NCBI GenBank assembly: GCA_963806185.1
Contig: CAWDXE010000007.1
Location: 512,001 to 576,000 of the forward strand
Length of the DNA stretch: 64,000 nucleotides
Direction of reading: 5' to 3'
Origin: an uncultured candidate division Zixibacteria bacterium
GTDB taxonomy: Bacteria; Zixibacteria; MSB-5A5; GN15; FEB-12
Every line of letters starts with the position of its first letter. Position 1 is the stretch's first letter. Below the pieces are notes generated by a model. The model ran no database searches, was not told the DNA's origin, and saw only the letters and a program-made list of their open reading frames with translations. The translations under genes and the position numbers were made by a program. This document shows, piece after piece, positions 30,079 to 39,859 of the stretch.

Positions 30079-32013
30079 ATGGGAAAGATAATCGGCATCG
30101 ATCTGGGGACGACCAATTCTTGTGTAGCGGTCCTGGAAGGCCAGGATCCGGTCGTCATTCCGAATCTTGAAGGGGGCCGGATTACGCCCTCGGTGGTGGC
30201 ATTCACCAAAGATGGCGAGCGGTTGGTCGGGGCGGCGGCAAAACGTCAGGCGGTGACCAATCCGGAGAACACGGTGTTCTCGATCAAGCGGTTCATGGGG
30301 CGCAAACACAGCGAGGTCGCGTCGGAAGAGAAGCTGGTGCCCTACAAGGTGACCGAAGATTCGAGCGGCAGCGTGATTGTCGAAGTACAGGGACACAAGT
30401 ACACTCCGCCGGAAATCTCGGCCATGATTCTTCAGTATCTGAAGAAGACGGCGGAGAATTTTCTCGGACAGGAAGTGACCCAGGCGGTGATAACCGTACC
30501 GGCCTATTTCAACGACTCGCAGCGCCAGGCGACCAAGGACGCCGGCAAGATCGCCGGGCTGGAAGTCCTGCGAATCATCAACGAGCCGACGGCGGCGTCA
30601 TTGTCGTATGGATTGCAGAGGAAAGCCAACGAGAAGATCGCCGTTTACGATCTGGGCGGCGGTACGTTTGACATTTCGATTCTGGAGATCGGCGACGGCG
30701 TGTTCGAGGTTCGTTCGACCAACGGCGATACGCACCTGGGCGGTGACGATTTCGACCAGGTGATTATCGACTGGATGGCGGACGAGTTCCTGAAGTCGCA
30801 GGGGATCGATCTGCGCAAGGACCGGATGGCATTGCAGCGACTGAAAGAGGCGGCGGAGAAGGCGAAGATCGAGCTGTCGTCGACCATGCAGACCAATATC
30901 AATCTGCCGTTTATCACGGCCGATCAGTCGGGGCCGAAGCATCTGGACCTGATGTTGACGCGCGCCAAGCTCGAGCAGCTGACGGACGCACTGATTCAGC
31001 GGACGGTCGGTCCGGTGAAAGCGGCGCTGGCGGACGCCAAGTTGTCGTTCAGCGACATCGACGAAGTAGTGATGGTGGGCGGTATGACGCGCATGCCGAA
31101 AGTGGTGGATACAGTGCGCCAGTTGTTCGGCAAAGAGCCGCACAAGGGGGTCAATCCGGATGAAGTCGTGGCGGTCGGAGCTGCGATTCAGGCGGGTGTG
31201 CTGGCGGGCGACATGAAGGATATCGTGTTGCTCGACGTGACGCCGCTGTCGCTGGGTATTGAAACGCTTGGCGGCGTGATGACGAAGCTGATCGACCGAA
31301 ACACGACGATCCCGACGAAGAAGTCGCAGATTTTCTCGACCGCGTCCGACAATCAGCCGGCCGTGTCGATTCATGTTCTTCAGGGCGAGCGGCCCATGGC
31401 GCTTGACAACCGAACGCTGGGGCGGTTTGACCTCGTGGGCATTCCGGCGGCGCCGCGCGGGTTGCCGCAGATCGAGGTGACATTTAATATCGACGCCAAC
31501 GGCATCGTGCACGTGAGCGCGAAGGACCTGGCGACCGGCAAAGAGCAGTCGATCAAGATCGAGGTGTCCTCGGGGTTGTCCGAACAGGAAATCGATCGAA
31601 TGGTGAAAGACGCGGAGAAGTTCGGCGAAGAGGACAAGAAGAAAGCGGCGCTGATTCAGGCGCGTAACGAGGCCGACGCGCTGTTGTATCAGAGCGAAAA
31701 GACGGTCAAGGAACATGGCGACAAGGTGTCGGCCGACGACAAGAAGCGCATCGAGGAGGCAATCGAGAATTTGCGCAAGGCGATCGCCGGCGAGTCGGTG
31801 GAGGCGATCAACAGCGCGAAAGAGCAGTTGACGCAAGCGTCGCACAAGCTGGCCGAGGAGATGTACAAGGCGGCGCAGGCCGCCGGAGCGCAAGGACAGC
31901 CGGGTGCGGGTCCGCAGCAGGCCGGTCCGACCGGTGATGCGGGTGGGCAGACAACCGGCAAGTCGGGTGCTGTCGACGCCGATTTCGAAGTTGTCGACGA
32001 GGACAAGAAGTAA
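30079..32013 (+). CDS. dnaK: Chaperone DnaK (Hsp70)
   Basis: [33 protein letters not shown] and VDADFEVV. Confidence 0.99.
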   Translation: MGKIIGIDLGTTNSCVAVLEGQDPVVIPNLEGGRITPSVVAFTKDGERLVGAAAKRQAVTNPENTVFSIKRFMGRKHSEVASEEKLVPYKVTEDSSGSVIVEVQGHKYTPPEISAMILQYLKKTAENFLGQEVTQAVITVPAYFNDSQRQATKDAGKIAGLEVLRIINEPTAASLSYGLQRKANEKIAVYDLGGGTFDISILEIGDGVFEVRSTNGDTHLGGDDFDQVIIDWMADEFLKSQGIDLRKDRMALQRLKEAAEKAKIELSSTMQTNINLPFITADQSGPKHLDLMLTRAKLEQLTDALIQRTVGPVKAALADAKLSFSDIDEVVMVGGMTRMPKVVDTVRQLFGKEPHKGVNPDEVVAVGAAIQAGVLAGDMKDIVLLDVTPLSLGIETLGGVMTKLIDRNTTIPTKKSQIFSTASDNQPAVSIHVLQGERPMALDNRTLGRFDLVGIPAAPRGLPQIEVTFNIDANGIVHVSAKDLATGKEQSIKIEVSSGLSEQEIDRMVKDAEKFGEEDKKKAALIQARNEADALLYQSEKTVKEHGDKVSADDKKRIEEAIENLRKAIAGESVEAINSAKEQLTQASHKLAEEMYKAAQAAGAQGQPGAGPQQAGPTGDAGGQTTGKSGAVDADFEVVDEDKK

Positions 32014-32022
32014 GCAGGCCCG

Positions 32023-33195
32023 ATGGCAGCGACCAAGAGGGACTACTACGAGATCCTGGGCGTTGATCGAGGCGCCGACGACGCCTCGATCAAATCGGCC
32101 TACCGGAAGAAGGCGTTCGAGTACCATCCCGATCGCAATCCGGGGAACAAGGACTCGGAAGATCGCTTCAAAGAGGCCACCGAGGCGTACGAGATTCTCA
32201 AGGATCCGGAGAAGCGGCAGATGTACGACCAGTACGGTCATGCCGGAGTCGGCCAAGGGGGCGGTTTCGGCGGCGGTTATGGCGGCGGCTTCGAAGGGTT
32301 CGATATCGGTGACGCTCTGCGGGCGTTTATGCGTGACTTCGGCGGCGGCGGGAGCGGCAGTCCGTTTGACGATTTCTTCGGCGGTTCATCAGGACGCCGA
32401 CAGTCGAACCGGGGTGAGGACCTTCGCGTTCGCATTCCGCTGACGCTGGAAGAGATTGCCACGGGGACGGAGAAGACACTGAAGGTCAATAGGCTGGTGC
32501 GGTGCGACACGTGCGACGGTTCGGGGGTTGCGGCAGGTTCATCGCGGCGAACTTGTCCTCAATGCAAGGGGCACGGGCAAGTCCGCTCGGTGACGAGAAC
32601 ATTTCTCGGGACTATCCAGCAGGTGACGACCTGTTCCGTTTGCCGAGGAACGGGAGAAATCATCGCTGATCCGTGTCCGTCGTGTCGTGGTGAAGGGCGC
32701 CACCAGGGATCATCAAAGGTTACCATGAAAGTACCTCCGGGGGTGGCGAGCGGCAATTATATGACGGTCGAGAGTATGGGGAACGCAGCTCGACAGAATG
32801 GCGAGCCGGGGGATTTGGTGGCCGTGTTTGACGAGATTGCACACGAGTCGTTTTCGCGCCATGGTGATAATATTCTTCTGGAAATGCCCATTTCATTCAC
32901 GATGGCGGCCATGGGGGGCGAGATCGTCGTGCCGACGCTGGCGGGTGAGACGACGCTGAAGATTCCGTCGGGTACGCAATCCGGGAAGATGCTCAAGCTG
33001 CGCGGTAAGGGCATCCCGCATCTTCACCAACAGGGGAAGGGGGATCAGCTCGTGCAGGTGGTCGTGTGGGTGCCGACCAAGTTATCAGGGGAGGACAGAA
33101 AGCTTCTGGAGAAACTCGATCAAGCCGAGTCATTTCGACCGCCAAAAGCAGATCGTTCATTTTTCGAAAAGCTCAGGGAGACATTGGGGGTATAG
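32023..33195 (+). CDS. dnaJ: Chaperone DnaJ
   Basis: J-domain HPD, G/F region and four CxxCxGxG motifs. Confidence 0.98.
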   Translation: MAATKRDYYEILGVDRGADDASIKSAYRKKAFEYHPDRNPGNKDSEDRFKEATEAYEILKDPEKRQMYDQYGHAGVGQGGGFGGGYGGGFEGFDIGDALRAFMRDFGGGGSGSPFDDFFGGSSGRRQSNRGEDLRVRIPLTLEEIATGTEKTLKVNRLVRCDTCDGSGVAAGSSRRTCPQCKGHGQVRSVTRTFLGTIQQVTTCSVCRGTGEIIADPCPSCRGEGRHQGSSKVTMKVPPGVASGNYMTVESMGNAARQNGEPGDLVAVFDEIAHESFSRHGDNILLEMPISFTMAAMGGEIVVPTLAGETTLKIPSGTQSGKMLKLRGKGIPHLHQQGKGDQLVQVVVWVPTKLSGEDRKLLEKLDQAESFRPPKADRSFFEKLRETLGV

Positions 33196-33200
33196 GCAGT

Positions 33201-34076
33201 ATGACAACGACGGCGCAGCGATATATAGAAATGAAACTGGACGTGCCACGCGCCCAATCGGATGCGGTGTGCAATTTCATAATCGATAACATCACCAATG
33301 GCATTGTGCTGGAAGAGGAAGATGGCGCGACGACGGTAGGGATCGGATTCTATGTCGGGGCCGACGATCCCACCGACCACAAAGGAGCCCTGCGAGATTA
33401 CCTTGCCCAGGTTCTCGGGCCGGGGAGCGAAGTACCGTTTATCCGCGAGAAACTGGTCGCGGAAGTGGAGTGGGTGGAACAATACAAGCAATCGGTGCAT
33501 CCGGTCGTGATCGGCAAGGATGTCGTTGTGCGGCCTACCTGGCATGAGGCGCCGTTCCAGACGCCATACGATATTGTGATCGAGCCCAAGATGGCGTTCG
33601 GCACGGGGACGCATGAAACGACGCGCAGTTGTCTCATTATCATTCGTAATAATTTTTCGACCGGGATGCGGTTCCTGGATTTTGGCTGTGGCTCCGGTAT
33701 TCTCTCCGTGCTGGCCGATAAAATGGGTGCATCGTATATTAAAGCCATAGACTACGATGTGGTGGCAGTCGAAAATTGTGTCGAGAACTTCGGCATCAAT
33801 AAGGTCAAGGCGCCGAACGACGTGAAGTTCGGTTCGCTCGAAAAGGCGATGGGCGATCCGGTCTATCAGTTCGTGTGCGCGAATATTATCAAGAGCACAA
33901 TTCTCCCGCAACTGTCGAATCTCCGGAATCTGACAGCCGACGGTGGGTGTCTGGTCTTGTCCGGGCTTCTGGATCAGGACGAAACAGACGTGAATGCCGC
34001 TCTGGCCGCGCTGAATATCACCGCATATGACATCCTTCGTGATGAAAAATGGCTGACCTACACTATTCGTAAATGA
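33201..34076 (+). CDS. prmA: Ribosomal protein L11 methyltransferase
   Basis: EPKMAFGTGTHETT, LDFGCGSGILS and ANI; located after dnaJ. Confidence 0.93.
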   Translation: MTTTAQRYIEMKLDVPRAQSDAVCNFIIDNITNGIVLEEEDGATTVGIGFYVGADDPTDHKGALRDYLAQVLGPGSEVPFIREKLVAEVEWVEQYKQSVHPVVIGKDVVVRPTWHEAPFQTPYDIVIEPKMAFGTGTHETTRSCLIIIRNNFSTGMRFLDFGCGSGILSVLADKMGASYIKAIDYDVVAVENCVENFGINKVKAPNDVKFGSLEKAMGDPVYQFVCANIIKSTILPQLSNLRNLTADGGCLVLSGLLDQDETDVNAALAALNITAYDILRDEKWLTYTIRK

Positions 34077-34082
34077 GCCGAC

Positions 34083-34832
34083 ATGCCGCAAACGCCGTTA
34101 CTTTACGCCCCGCCGGAAGCCGTACGCGATGATTTGATTTTGTTACCGAGCAGCGAGGCGCATCATGTGGCGACCGTGCTCCGCATGGGCATCGGCGAAC
34201 CGGTGACGGTTGTCGACGGGCTGGGGGTGGCCTACGACGGCGAAATCCGATCCATCGAAAAAAAGGCGGTTACCGTGGCCGTGCGGACAATCGTTCGCAA
34301 TTACGGCGAGCCGTTCGTACGGTTGACGCTGGCAGCGGGGATGTCGGCCGGGGAGAAGTTTGACACGGTTGTGGAAAAGGGGACGGAGGTCGGTGTCAGC
34401 CGATTCGTGCCGGTCATCTCTGAAAAGACGAAAGTGAGATTTGACGACGACAAGCGCGTCATCAATCGAGTTGAGCGTCTCGAAAAAGTCGCGCTGGCGG
34501 CGATGAAGCAGTGTCGACGATCGTATCGTCCCGATATTTCCCAGCCTCTCACGATGCGTGAATACCTGCAGGAGAGTGTTGACGCCGAGCTGAAATTGAT
34601 CTTTCATCCGTCGGAACGGGCAATGGCACTGTCCAAAGTGGTCCCCAAAGGAGCGCCGAAACGGGTGGCCGTGCTGGTAGGGCCGGAGTCCGGATTTTCC
34701 CCTGTCGAGGTCGAATTGGCGACGGAGTCCGGATTTCTGCCGGTACATTTGGGCCGACGAATCCTGCGGGCTGAGACGGCTGGTCCGGTGGCAGTGGCGC
34801 TGGTGATGTATCGCCTGGGCGAGTTCAGCTAA
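34083..34832 (+). CDS. rsmE: 16S rRNA m3U1498 methyltransferase
   Basis: HHVATVLRM, EKGTEVGV, VGPESGFS and LGRRILRAETA. Confidence 0.95.
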   Translation: MPQTPLLYAPPEAVRDDLILLPSSEAHHVATVLRMGIGEPVTVVDGLGVAYDGEIRSIEKKAVTVAVRTIVRNYGEPFVRLTLAAGMSAGEKFDTVVEKGTEVGVSRFVPVISEKTKVRFDDDKRVINRVERLEKVALAAMKQCRRSYRPDISQPLTMREYLQESVDAELKLIFHPSERAMALSKVVPKGAPKRVAVLVGPESGFSPVEVELATESGFLPVHLGRRILRAETAGPVAVALVMYRLGEFS

Positions 34833-34851
34833 AACCGTTCATTGCCGATAA
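34825..34851 (+). promoter_or_regulatory. Putative sigma28-type promoter of pilD
   Basis: TCAG-N15-GCCGATAA (perfect sigma28 -10), 10 nt before ATG 34862. Confidence 0.55.
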
Positions 34852-34861
34852 TCTATCTATC

Positions 34862-35644
34862 ATGGAATCATATCATCTGGTGCTGGTGGGGCTGTTTGGC
34901 CTCGTGATCGGTTCGTTCCTAAACGTGCTCATTTACCGCCTTCCGCGTAAGAAGGGGCTGGTGCTGGAGCGGTCGATCTGTCCTCACTGCTCGACCCAAT
35001 TGCGGTGGTATCACAACGTGCCGGTGCTCAGTTACCTGGCGCTTCGCGGAAAGTGCGCCTTCTGTCACAAATCCATTTCGCCAAGATACCCACTGGTGGA
35101 GCTGCTGAATGCCGTCGGGTATGTGTACTTCTTCCTGGGCTCAGGACCGACGCTCGGCTTCATGGTGGGCGCATTTCTGACGTCGGCTCTGCTGGTCGTC
35201 TTTTTCATCGATCTGGATTTTCAGATTATACCCGACGTGATCACGTTGCCGGGAATAGCTCTCGGCCTGCTGGTCTCGTTTCTGCCGAACGGCATCGGTA
35301 TCGTGCAGTCAATCATCGGCGTTCTCGTGGGTGGCGGATCACTCTACCTGATAGCCATGCTGGGCGACTGGCTGTTCAAGAAGGAATCAATGGGTGGCGG
35401 TGATATCAAGCTGACGGCCATGCTCGGGGCCTTCCTGGGATGGCAAAAGGTTGTGTTCATATTCATCGGTTCCGCGGCCATCGGGCTCGTGGTGTCGGTT
35501 GTTATCCTGGCTTTCTCGAAGGCGCTGCGGGAACATCGAATGATACCATTCGGCCCGTTCCTGGCGACCGCGGCCGTCATTGCCATTATTTATGGCGACC
35601 GGATTATCGAATTCTATATCTCCCACTTCCTGATGGGCAGATAG
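34862..35644 (+). CDS. pilD: Prepilin peptidase/N-methyltransferase (A24)
   Basis: GSFLNVLIYRLP, CPHC..CAFC, IDLDFQIIPD, MGGGDIKL and IPFGPFL. Confidence 0.95.
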   Translation: MESYHLVLVGLFGLVIGSFLNVLIYRLPRKKGLVLERSICPHCSTQLRWYHNVPVLSYLALRGKCAFCHKSISPRYPLVELLNAVGYVYFFLGSGPTLGFMVGAFLTSALLVVFFIDLDFQIIPDVITLPGIALGLLVSFLPNGIGIVQSIIGVLVGGGSLYLIAMLGDWLFKKESMGGGDIKLTAMLGAFLGWQKVVFIFIGSAAIGLVVSVVILAFSKALREHRMIPFGPFLATAAVIAIIYGDRIIEFYISHFLMGR

Positions 35645-35657
35645 CGCAATCTCCGTC

Positions 35658-35684
35658 TAAACGAGGACCTGTTTCTTCCGATAC
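35658..35684 (+). promoter_or_regulatory. Putative sigma28-type promoter of the histidine kinase
   Basis: TAAA-N15-TCCGATAC, 10 nt before ATG 35695. Confidence 0.5.
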
Positions 35685-35694
35685 TACGAGTATC

Positions 35695-37530
35695 ATGTTG
35701 AAGCAGGGTAAGAAGTTTGAGCACGAGGTTCACCTGGGATTTCTGGTGATCGTTTTCGTGTTGCTTCTGCTCAATGTCGTTGCCAACTACGTAGTCTACC
35801 GGGCGCGGGCGACGCAGCATGAAACGTGGTCATCCCAGTTCGGAACGGCGGCACTGGCGGCCAGCCGTGAAGTGGCACAGCAGTGGCCGGCTCAATTGAC
35901 CAATGAACAAATCGCCCGACTCACCGGACAGTATGAGTTGACCGGAATTGTGGTAGTGCGCTCCCAGCCTCAGGCGGACAGCCTGGAGGCGCGGCGGGAG
36001 TGGTTTGCCTCGGTCGTGTGGCAACTTCCTCATGACCAGGTGCCGCAGTTTGTCGAGAAGCTGATCCTGTCGGACTACTCGCGAGTGACCCGAGGGAGCA
36101 AGAATGAGTACTTCTTTGTGTATCCGACGGCCGGCGCAGGGGGGAGCCTCGTAATTCTCTCCGCGAATATCCCAGAGTTGGCGTTTCTTGATGATTCGGC
36201 AAACGTGCTTTTGTATTTCGGTCTCGGAGCGCTCGCCCTGGTGACCCTCGTGTATCTGGTGCTGTCGCGCTATATCTTTTCGCCGTTCAGACGGATCAAG
36301 GCCGAAGCGCTGAAAGCCGGGAGGAGTGTGGATCTGGGCGATGACGACGCCGAAGCGCTGGTGGCGGAGTATCGTTCGATCATCAGGGAATTGCAGCGAA
36401 ACGAGACGGAGCTGCGGCGGCTCAATGACGAAATTACCCGGCGCGCCGACTCGCTGGAACATCTCCATCAATCCATGTTGCGGTCTATGCAAATCGGATT
36501 AGTGACGCTGAACGCCAGGGAGACCGTGATCGAGGTAAACGAGGTAGCGGCGAGGATGCTGGGGACCGATGACAGTGCCGTGGGCAGACGTTTCGAGGAC
36601 GTAGTGCCAAACCTGGAGCCGCTTCACAAATCTGCCCGGCAGGCGTTACAGGCGGGTGTCGTTGGCGGGTACCGCGAGCTGGCCGTGGGAGCGCACATGG
36701 ACCGTCGAACGGCGACGTGGGGAGTGACGCTTTCACTGATAAAAGATCAGGATGACAAGCTGATGGGGCTGTCAATCTGGATGGCCGATATCAGCGAACT
36801 GGTTCAACTTCGCGGCGAAGTCGAAAGCAAGAACCGGCTGGCGGCATTGGGCGAGATGGCCTCCGGGCTGGCGCACCAATTGCGAAATTCACTGGGGGCG
36901 ATTTCCGGTTACGGGACCTTGGTGAAGAAGCGGCTGGTGAAGGCGGAGATTCCGGTTGACCAGGCGGAGTCGCTGCTGGACGAATCGCGCCAGGCGGAGA
37001 GCCTGATCAGTCGCTTTCTGACCTTTGCCCGACCGTTCGACTATTCACCAACAGGGGTGAGGCTCGATGATCTGTTGGTTCAGATTGTGGAATCGTTCAC
37101 TGTCCGTGATGACTGTCGGTTAGTGACAGTGGAGACGGATCTCAGGGCAAAGGCGACTATCGCGGCTGACGCCCTGCTGCTGAAGCAGGCGATTGGGAAT
37201 CTTCTGGACAATGCGGCCAACGCCTACGCCGATCGTCGAGGTGTGATCCGCGTCACGTCAACGCTGCAGAACGGCGGCGTGTCGATATGTATCGCGGATG
37301 AAGGCGAGGGAATCGCCGCTGACAAACTGGACCGGATTTTCACGCCGTTTTACTCCTCACGCTCGCTGGGGACCGGACTGGGGTTACCACTGGTGCGCAA
37401 GATCGTCGATCTGCATCAGGGTCGAATCACGGTTGAGAGCGCAGAAGGCCGGGGCACGCGCTTCACCCTGATATTCCCTGTGGCCGAGTATAGCGAATCG
37501 GTTTCGCCTTCCCTTCATTCTACGCGCTAA
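35695..37530 (+). CDS. Membrane PAS-domain sensor histidine kinase (NtrB/PilS-like)
   Basis: Two TMs, a PAS-like region, H-box LAHQLRNSL, N-box NLLDNA, and G-boxes DEGEGI and GTGLGL. Confidence 0.92.
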   Translation: MLKQGKKFEHEVHLGFLVIVFVLLLLNVVANYVVYRARATQHETWSSQFGTAALAASREVAQQWPAQLTNEQIARLTGQYELTGIVVVRSQPQADSLEARREWFASVVWQLPHDQVPQFVEKLILSDYSRVTRGSKNEYFFVYPTAGAGGSLVILSANIPELAFLDDSANVLLYFGLGALALVTLVYLVLSRYIFSPFRRIKAEALKAGRSVDLGDDDAEALVAEYRSIIRELQRNETELRRLNDEITRRADSLEHLHQSMLRSMQIGLVTLNARETVIEVNEVAARMLGTDDSAVGRRFEDVVPNLEPLHKSARQALQAGVVGGYRELAVGAHMDRRTATWGVTLSLIKDQDDKLMGLSIWMADISELVQLRGEVESKNRLAALGEMASGLAHQLRNSLGAISGYGTLVKKRLVKAEIPVDQAESLLDESRQAESLISRFLTFARPFDYSPTGVRLDDLLVQIVESFTVRDDCRLVTVETDLRAKATIAADALLLKQAIGNLLDNAANAYADRRGVIRVTSTLQNGGVSICIADEGEGIAADKLDRIFTPFYSSRSLGTGLGLPLVRKIVDLHQGRITVESAEGRGTRFTLIFPVAEYSESVSPSLHSTR

Positions 37531-37590
37531 ATTTCCTCTTGGGGAATCGACCAAAGCTGTTATATTACCGGTCGCTTTCCAGGAGGTTAC

Positions 37591-38151
37591 ATGTATTCGG
37601 TATCAGATTTTAGACGCGGCCTGCCCATATTGGTCGAAGACCAGCCCTATTACATTGTTGAGTATCAGCACTTTAAGATGGGGCGCGGAGGGGCCAACAT
37701 TCGTACCAAGCTCAAACACATTATCACCGGACAAGTGGTTGAAAAGGTGTTCGGTACCAAGGATACGTTTAAACCGCCCGATCTGGAAAACCGGAAGTTT
37801 CAATACATGTACGAAAGCGGCGGCGAATACGCTTTTATGGACAGCAAGACGTTTGATCAGATCACGATTGCCGACGAAGGTCTGGGCGATTCCAAGTGGT
37901 ATCTGCTTGAACATCAGGAATACATCATTCAATTCCTCAACGGCCGTCCGATCAATGTCGACCTGCCGGCCTCTGTCGTGCTGAAGGTTATCGAGACCGA
38001 GCCGATCGTGCGCGGTGATACGGTGAGCAATGTGACCAAACCGGCAAAACTGCAGACCGGTCTGGAGGTGCGCGTGCCGCCGTTTATCAAAGAGGGCGAC
38101 ATGGTCAAAGTCGACACGCGCAGCGGTGAATACCTGGAGCGCGCCAACTGA
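37591..38151 (+). CDS. efp: Elongation factor P
   Basis: HFKMGRGGANIRTKLK, RGDTV and KPAKLQTG..VPPFIKEGD..VDTRSGEYLER. Confidence 0.97.
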   Translation: MYSVSDFRRGLPILVEDQPYYIVEYQHFKMGRGGANIRTKLKHIITGQVVEKVFGTKDTFKPPDLENRKFQYMYESGGEYAFMDSKTFDQITIADEGLGDSKWYLLEHQEYIIQFLNGRPINVDLPASVVLKVIETEPIVRGDTVSNVTKPAKLQTGLEVRVPPFIKEGDMVKVDTRSGEYLERAN

Positions 38152-38807
38152 TGAAGGCATCCCCGCCGCGGATCATCGGGGTCGATGAATCGGGCAAGGG
38201 AGACTTTTTCGGACCGCTGGTGATTGCCGGCGTGCTGGTTGCGGCCGAAGACCACGAGGCGCTAAAAGCGCTCGGAGTTCGCGATGGCAAGACCATTGCC
38301 GACAAGAAACTGATGGGGATCGATGAGCAGATTCGCTCGTCGTATCCCCATTCGCTAGTCTGCTATCCCCCAAAAGACTACAATGCGAAGTGGCAGGCAA
38401 TTCGCAATTTGAATCTGCTGCTGGCCGAAGGGCACGTTGCGGCGATCACGAAGATCCTGGAGTCCCATGAGGCGGACCTGGCGATTTCCGACAAATTCGG
38501 CAAGCCGGAGTTGATCGAGAAAGAGATGCGGCGGCGGAAGTGCGAACTGCCGATCGAGCAAATTGTCCGTGGTGAGGCGGAATTGGCGGTGGCGGCTGCC
38601 TCGATCGTGGCGCGAGCCGGGTTCCTGCGATTGCTTGCCGCTCTGTCGAAGCAGTATGATATGGCCCTGCCCAAAGGGGCCGGAGCGCCGGTGGATGCTG
38701 CGGGGCGGCAGTTTGTGCATCGTTACGGTGCTGCGGAACTGGAGCAGGTTGCCAAGGTGCATTTCAAGAATTTCGTCCGCGTCGCCAATCCCTCGCTGGC
38801 CATCTGA
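38151..38807 (+). CDS. rnhC: Ribonuclease HIII-like (catalytic domain only)
   Basis: IIGVDESGKGDFFGPLV, NLNLLLA..H, AVAAASIVAR, LPKGAG and AKVHFKN. Confidence 0.85.
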   Translation: MKASPPRIIGVDESGKGDFFGPLVIAGVLVAAEDHEALKALGVRDGKTIADKKLMGIDEQIRSSYPHSLVCYPPKDYNAKWQAIRNLNLLLAEGHVAAITKILESHEADLAISDKFGKPELIEKEMRRRKCELPIEQIVRGEAELAVAAASIVARAGFLRLLAALSKQYDMALPKGAGAPVDAAGRQFVHRYGAAELEQVAKVHFKNFVRVANPSLAI

Positions 38808-38808
38808 A

Positions 38809-38837
38809 TAAAAAAGCCGGGTTGAACCCGGCTTCTT
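38809..38837. terminator. Bidirectional intrinsic terminator
   Basis: AAAAAAGCCGGGT-tga-ACCCGGCTTCTT between convergent genes. Confidence 0.75.
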
Positions 38838-38862
38838 ACAACGCTACAGCAGATACAACGAT

Positions 38863-39579
38863 CTAGCGACTGTAGCTGATCAATTCTCCATTTATCTGAC
38901 CGTTAGGCAGCGTCGGCGTCGCTCCCAGAACGTATTTGACAATGCCGATGCCGGGTGCGTACCAGTAGTAGTTTGAGGTGCCATTGCTGTTGTCGTTTCT
39001 CACTTTGACGGTGCCGGAATAGTAACTGCCGTGCACCAGTTGAATGCCCTCGATCGAAGCAACGGTCAAGGTTGAGTTCCCCTCGACAAAAAAGTTCGAC
39101 GAAAGGGTGACGCCTCCTCCGCCGCCACCGCCGGTGCCGGACGTATCGATGCCGGTGCCGATGGTAATGGTGTCCTGAACCTCATCAGAAAGCGACCAGG
39201 AGTTGCCGACCGTAGGCGGGTAGGCCAGCATCCTCTCCGTCGATGCGCCAAGCCACTCAACGAAGAAGAGCCCGTTTGCCGCCTCAAAGAAATAGCTGGT
39301 GTCAATAGCGCCGGTCGATTCTTTCTTAATCCAGCGATAGGTCTGACGCCCCTTGTAGTCGAGCGGCTTGCCGACCGTGTAGGAAAGCGTGCTCGATGAG
39401 CCGTTGGCATTATCGATGCGGTAGGTTGTCGTCAACCCCGGATCAAGGGGGAAGTACTGATTGACGGCAGTCTGGTCTTCACCAGGCTTGGAAACGTTTT
39501 CCACCGGGCTCGAGCAGCCGAGGTATAGGGCAATGGCGGCGATGAGCAAAGTGGAACAGTAGATGAAACGCGCAGTCAT
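38863..39579 (-). CDS. Hypothetical lipoprotein (DUF3108-like beta-rich)
   Basis: Lipobox YLGC, YFPL...YWYAPGIGIVK and a GGAGG RBS. Confidence 0.75.
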   Translation of the reverse strand: MTARFIYCSTLLIAAIALYLGCSSPVENVSKPGEDQTAVNQYFPLDPGLTTTYRIDNANGSSSTLSYTVGKPLDYKGRQTYRWIKKESTGAIDTSYFFEAANGLFFVEWLGASTERMLAYPPTVGNSWSLSDEVQDTITIGTGIDTSGTGGGGGGGVTLSSNFFVEGNSTLTVASIEGIQLVHGSYYSGTVKVRNDNSNGTSNYYWYAPGIGIVKYVLGATPTLPNGQINGELISYSR

Positions 39580-39638
39580 GTGTGTCCTCCGTGTTCCGCC
39601 GAGGGCGGTTCGAAACGAATGTTATCGAGGGCAAGGAG

Positions 39639-39655
39639 TGCAAGTCGGATGCCCG
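39639..39655 (-). promoter_or_regulatory. Putative sigma54 -24/-12 promoter
   Basis: Minus strand CGGGCATCCGACTTGCA (GG-N10-GC), about 60 nt before ATG 39579. Confidence 0.55.
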
Positions 39656-39791
39656 GAAATCGACCCTCTCATAACCGATTTATCAACAATCGCTTGCGCA
39701 GAGGGAGGGGAATTGACGAAGTTAGGTCTGCAGACTAACCTGTTGGATCGTGACCATGCTGGCTTGGCCGGGGTCTTGTCGTGAAGCCGGC

Positions 39792-39818
39792 TAAGCGTCT
39801 ATGGGATTTTGCCGATAC
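39792..39818 (+). promoter_or_regulatory. Putative sigma28-type promoter
   Basis: TAAG-N15-GCCGATAC, 41 nt before ATG 39860. Confidence 0.55.
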
Positions 39819-39859
39819 TTTGGTTGGATAGGCCTGTGTTCCAACCATTTGAGGACGTG

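Noticed and set aside
30598..32256. 552-aa antisense ORF over dnaK, and similar long antisense ORFs at 11540-12772, 3796-4851 and 61100-62269
   Set aside because: These are shadow ORFs produced by GC-rich codon bias on the strand opposite well-conserved genes. They have no motifs or RBS.
35440..35694. N-terminal extension of the histidine kinase overlapping pilD
   Set aside because: Read-through of an alternative frame; ATG 35695 precedes the first TM and follows a promoter-like motif.
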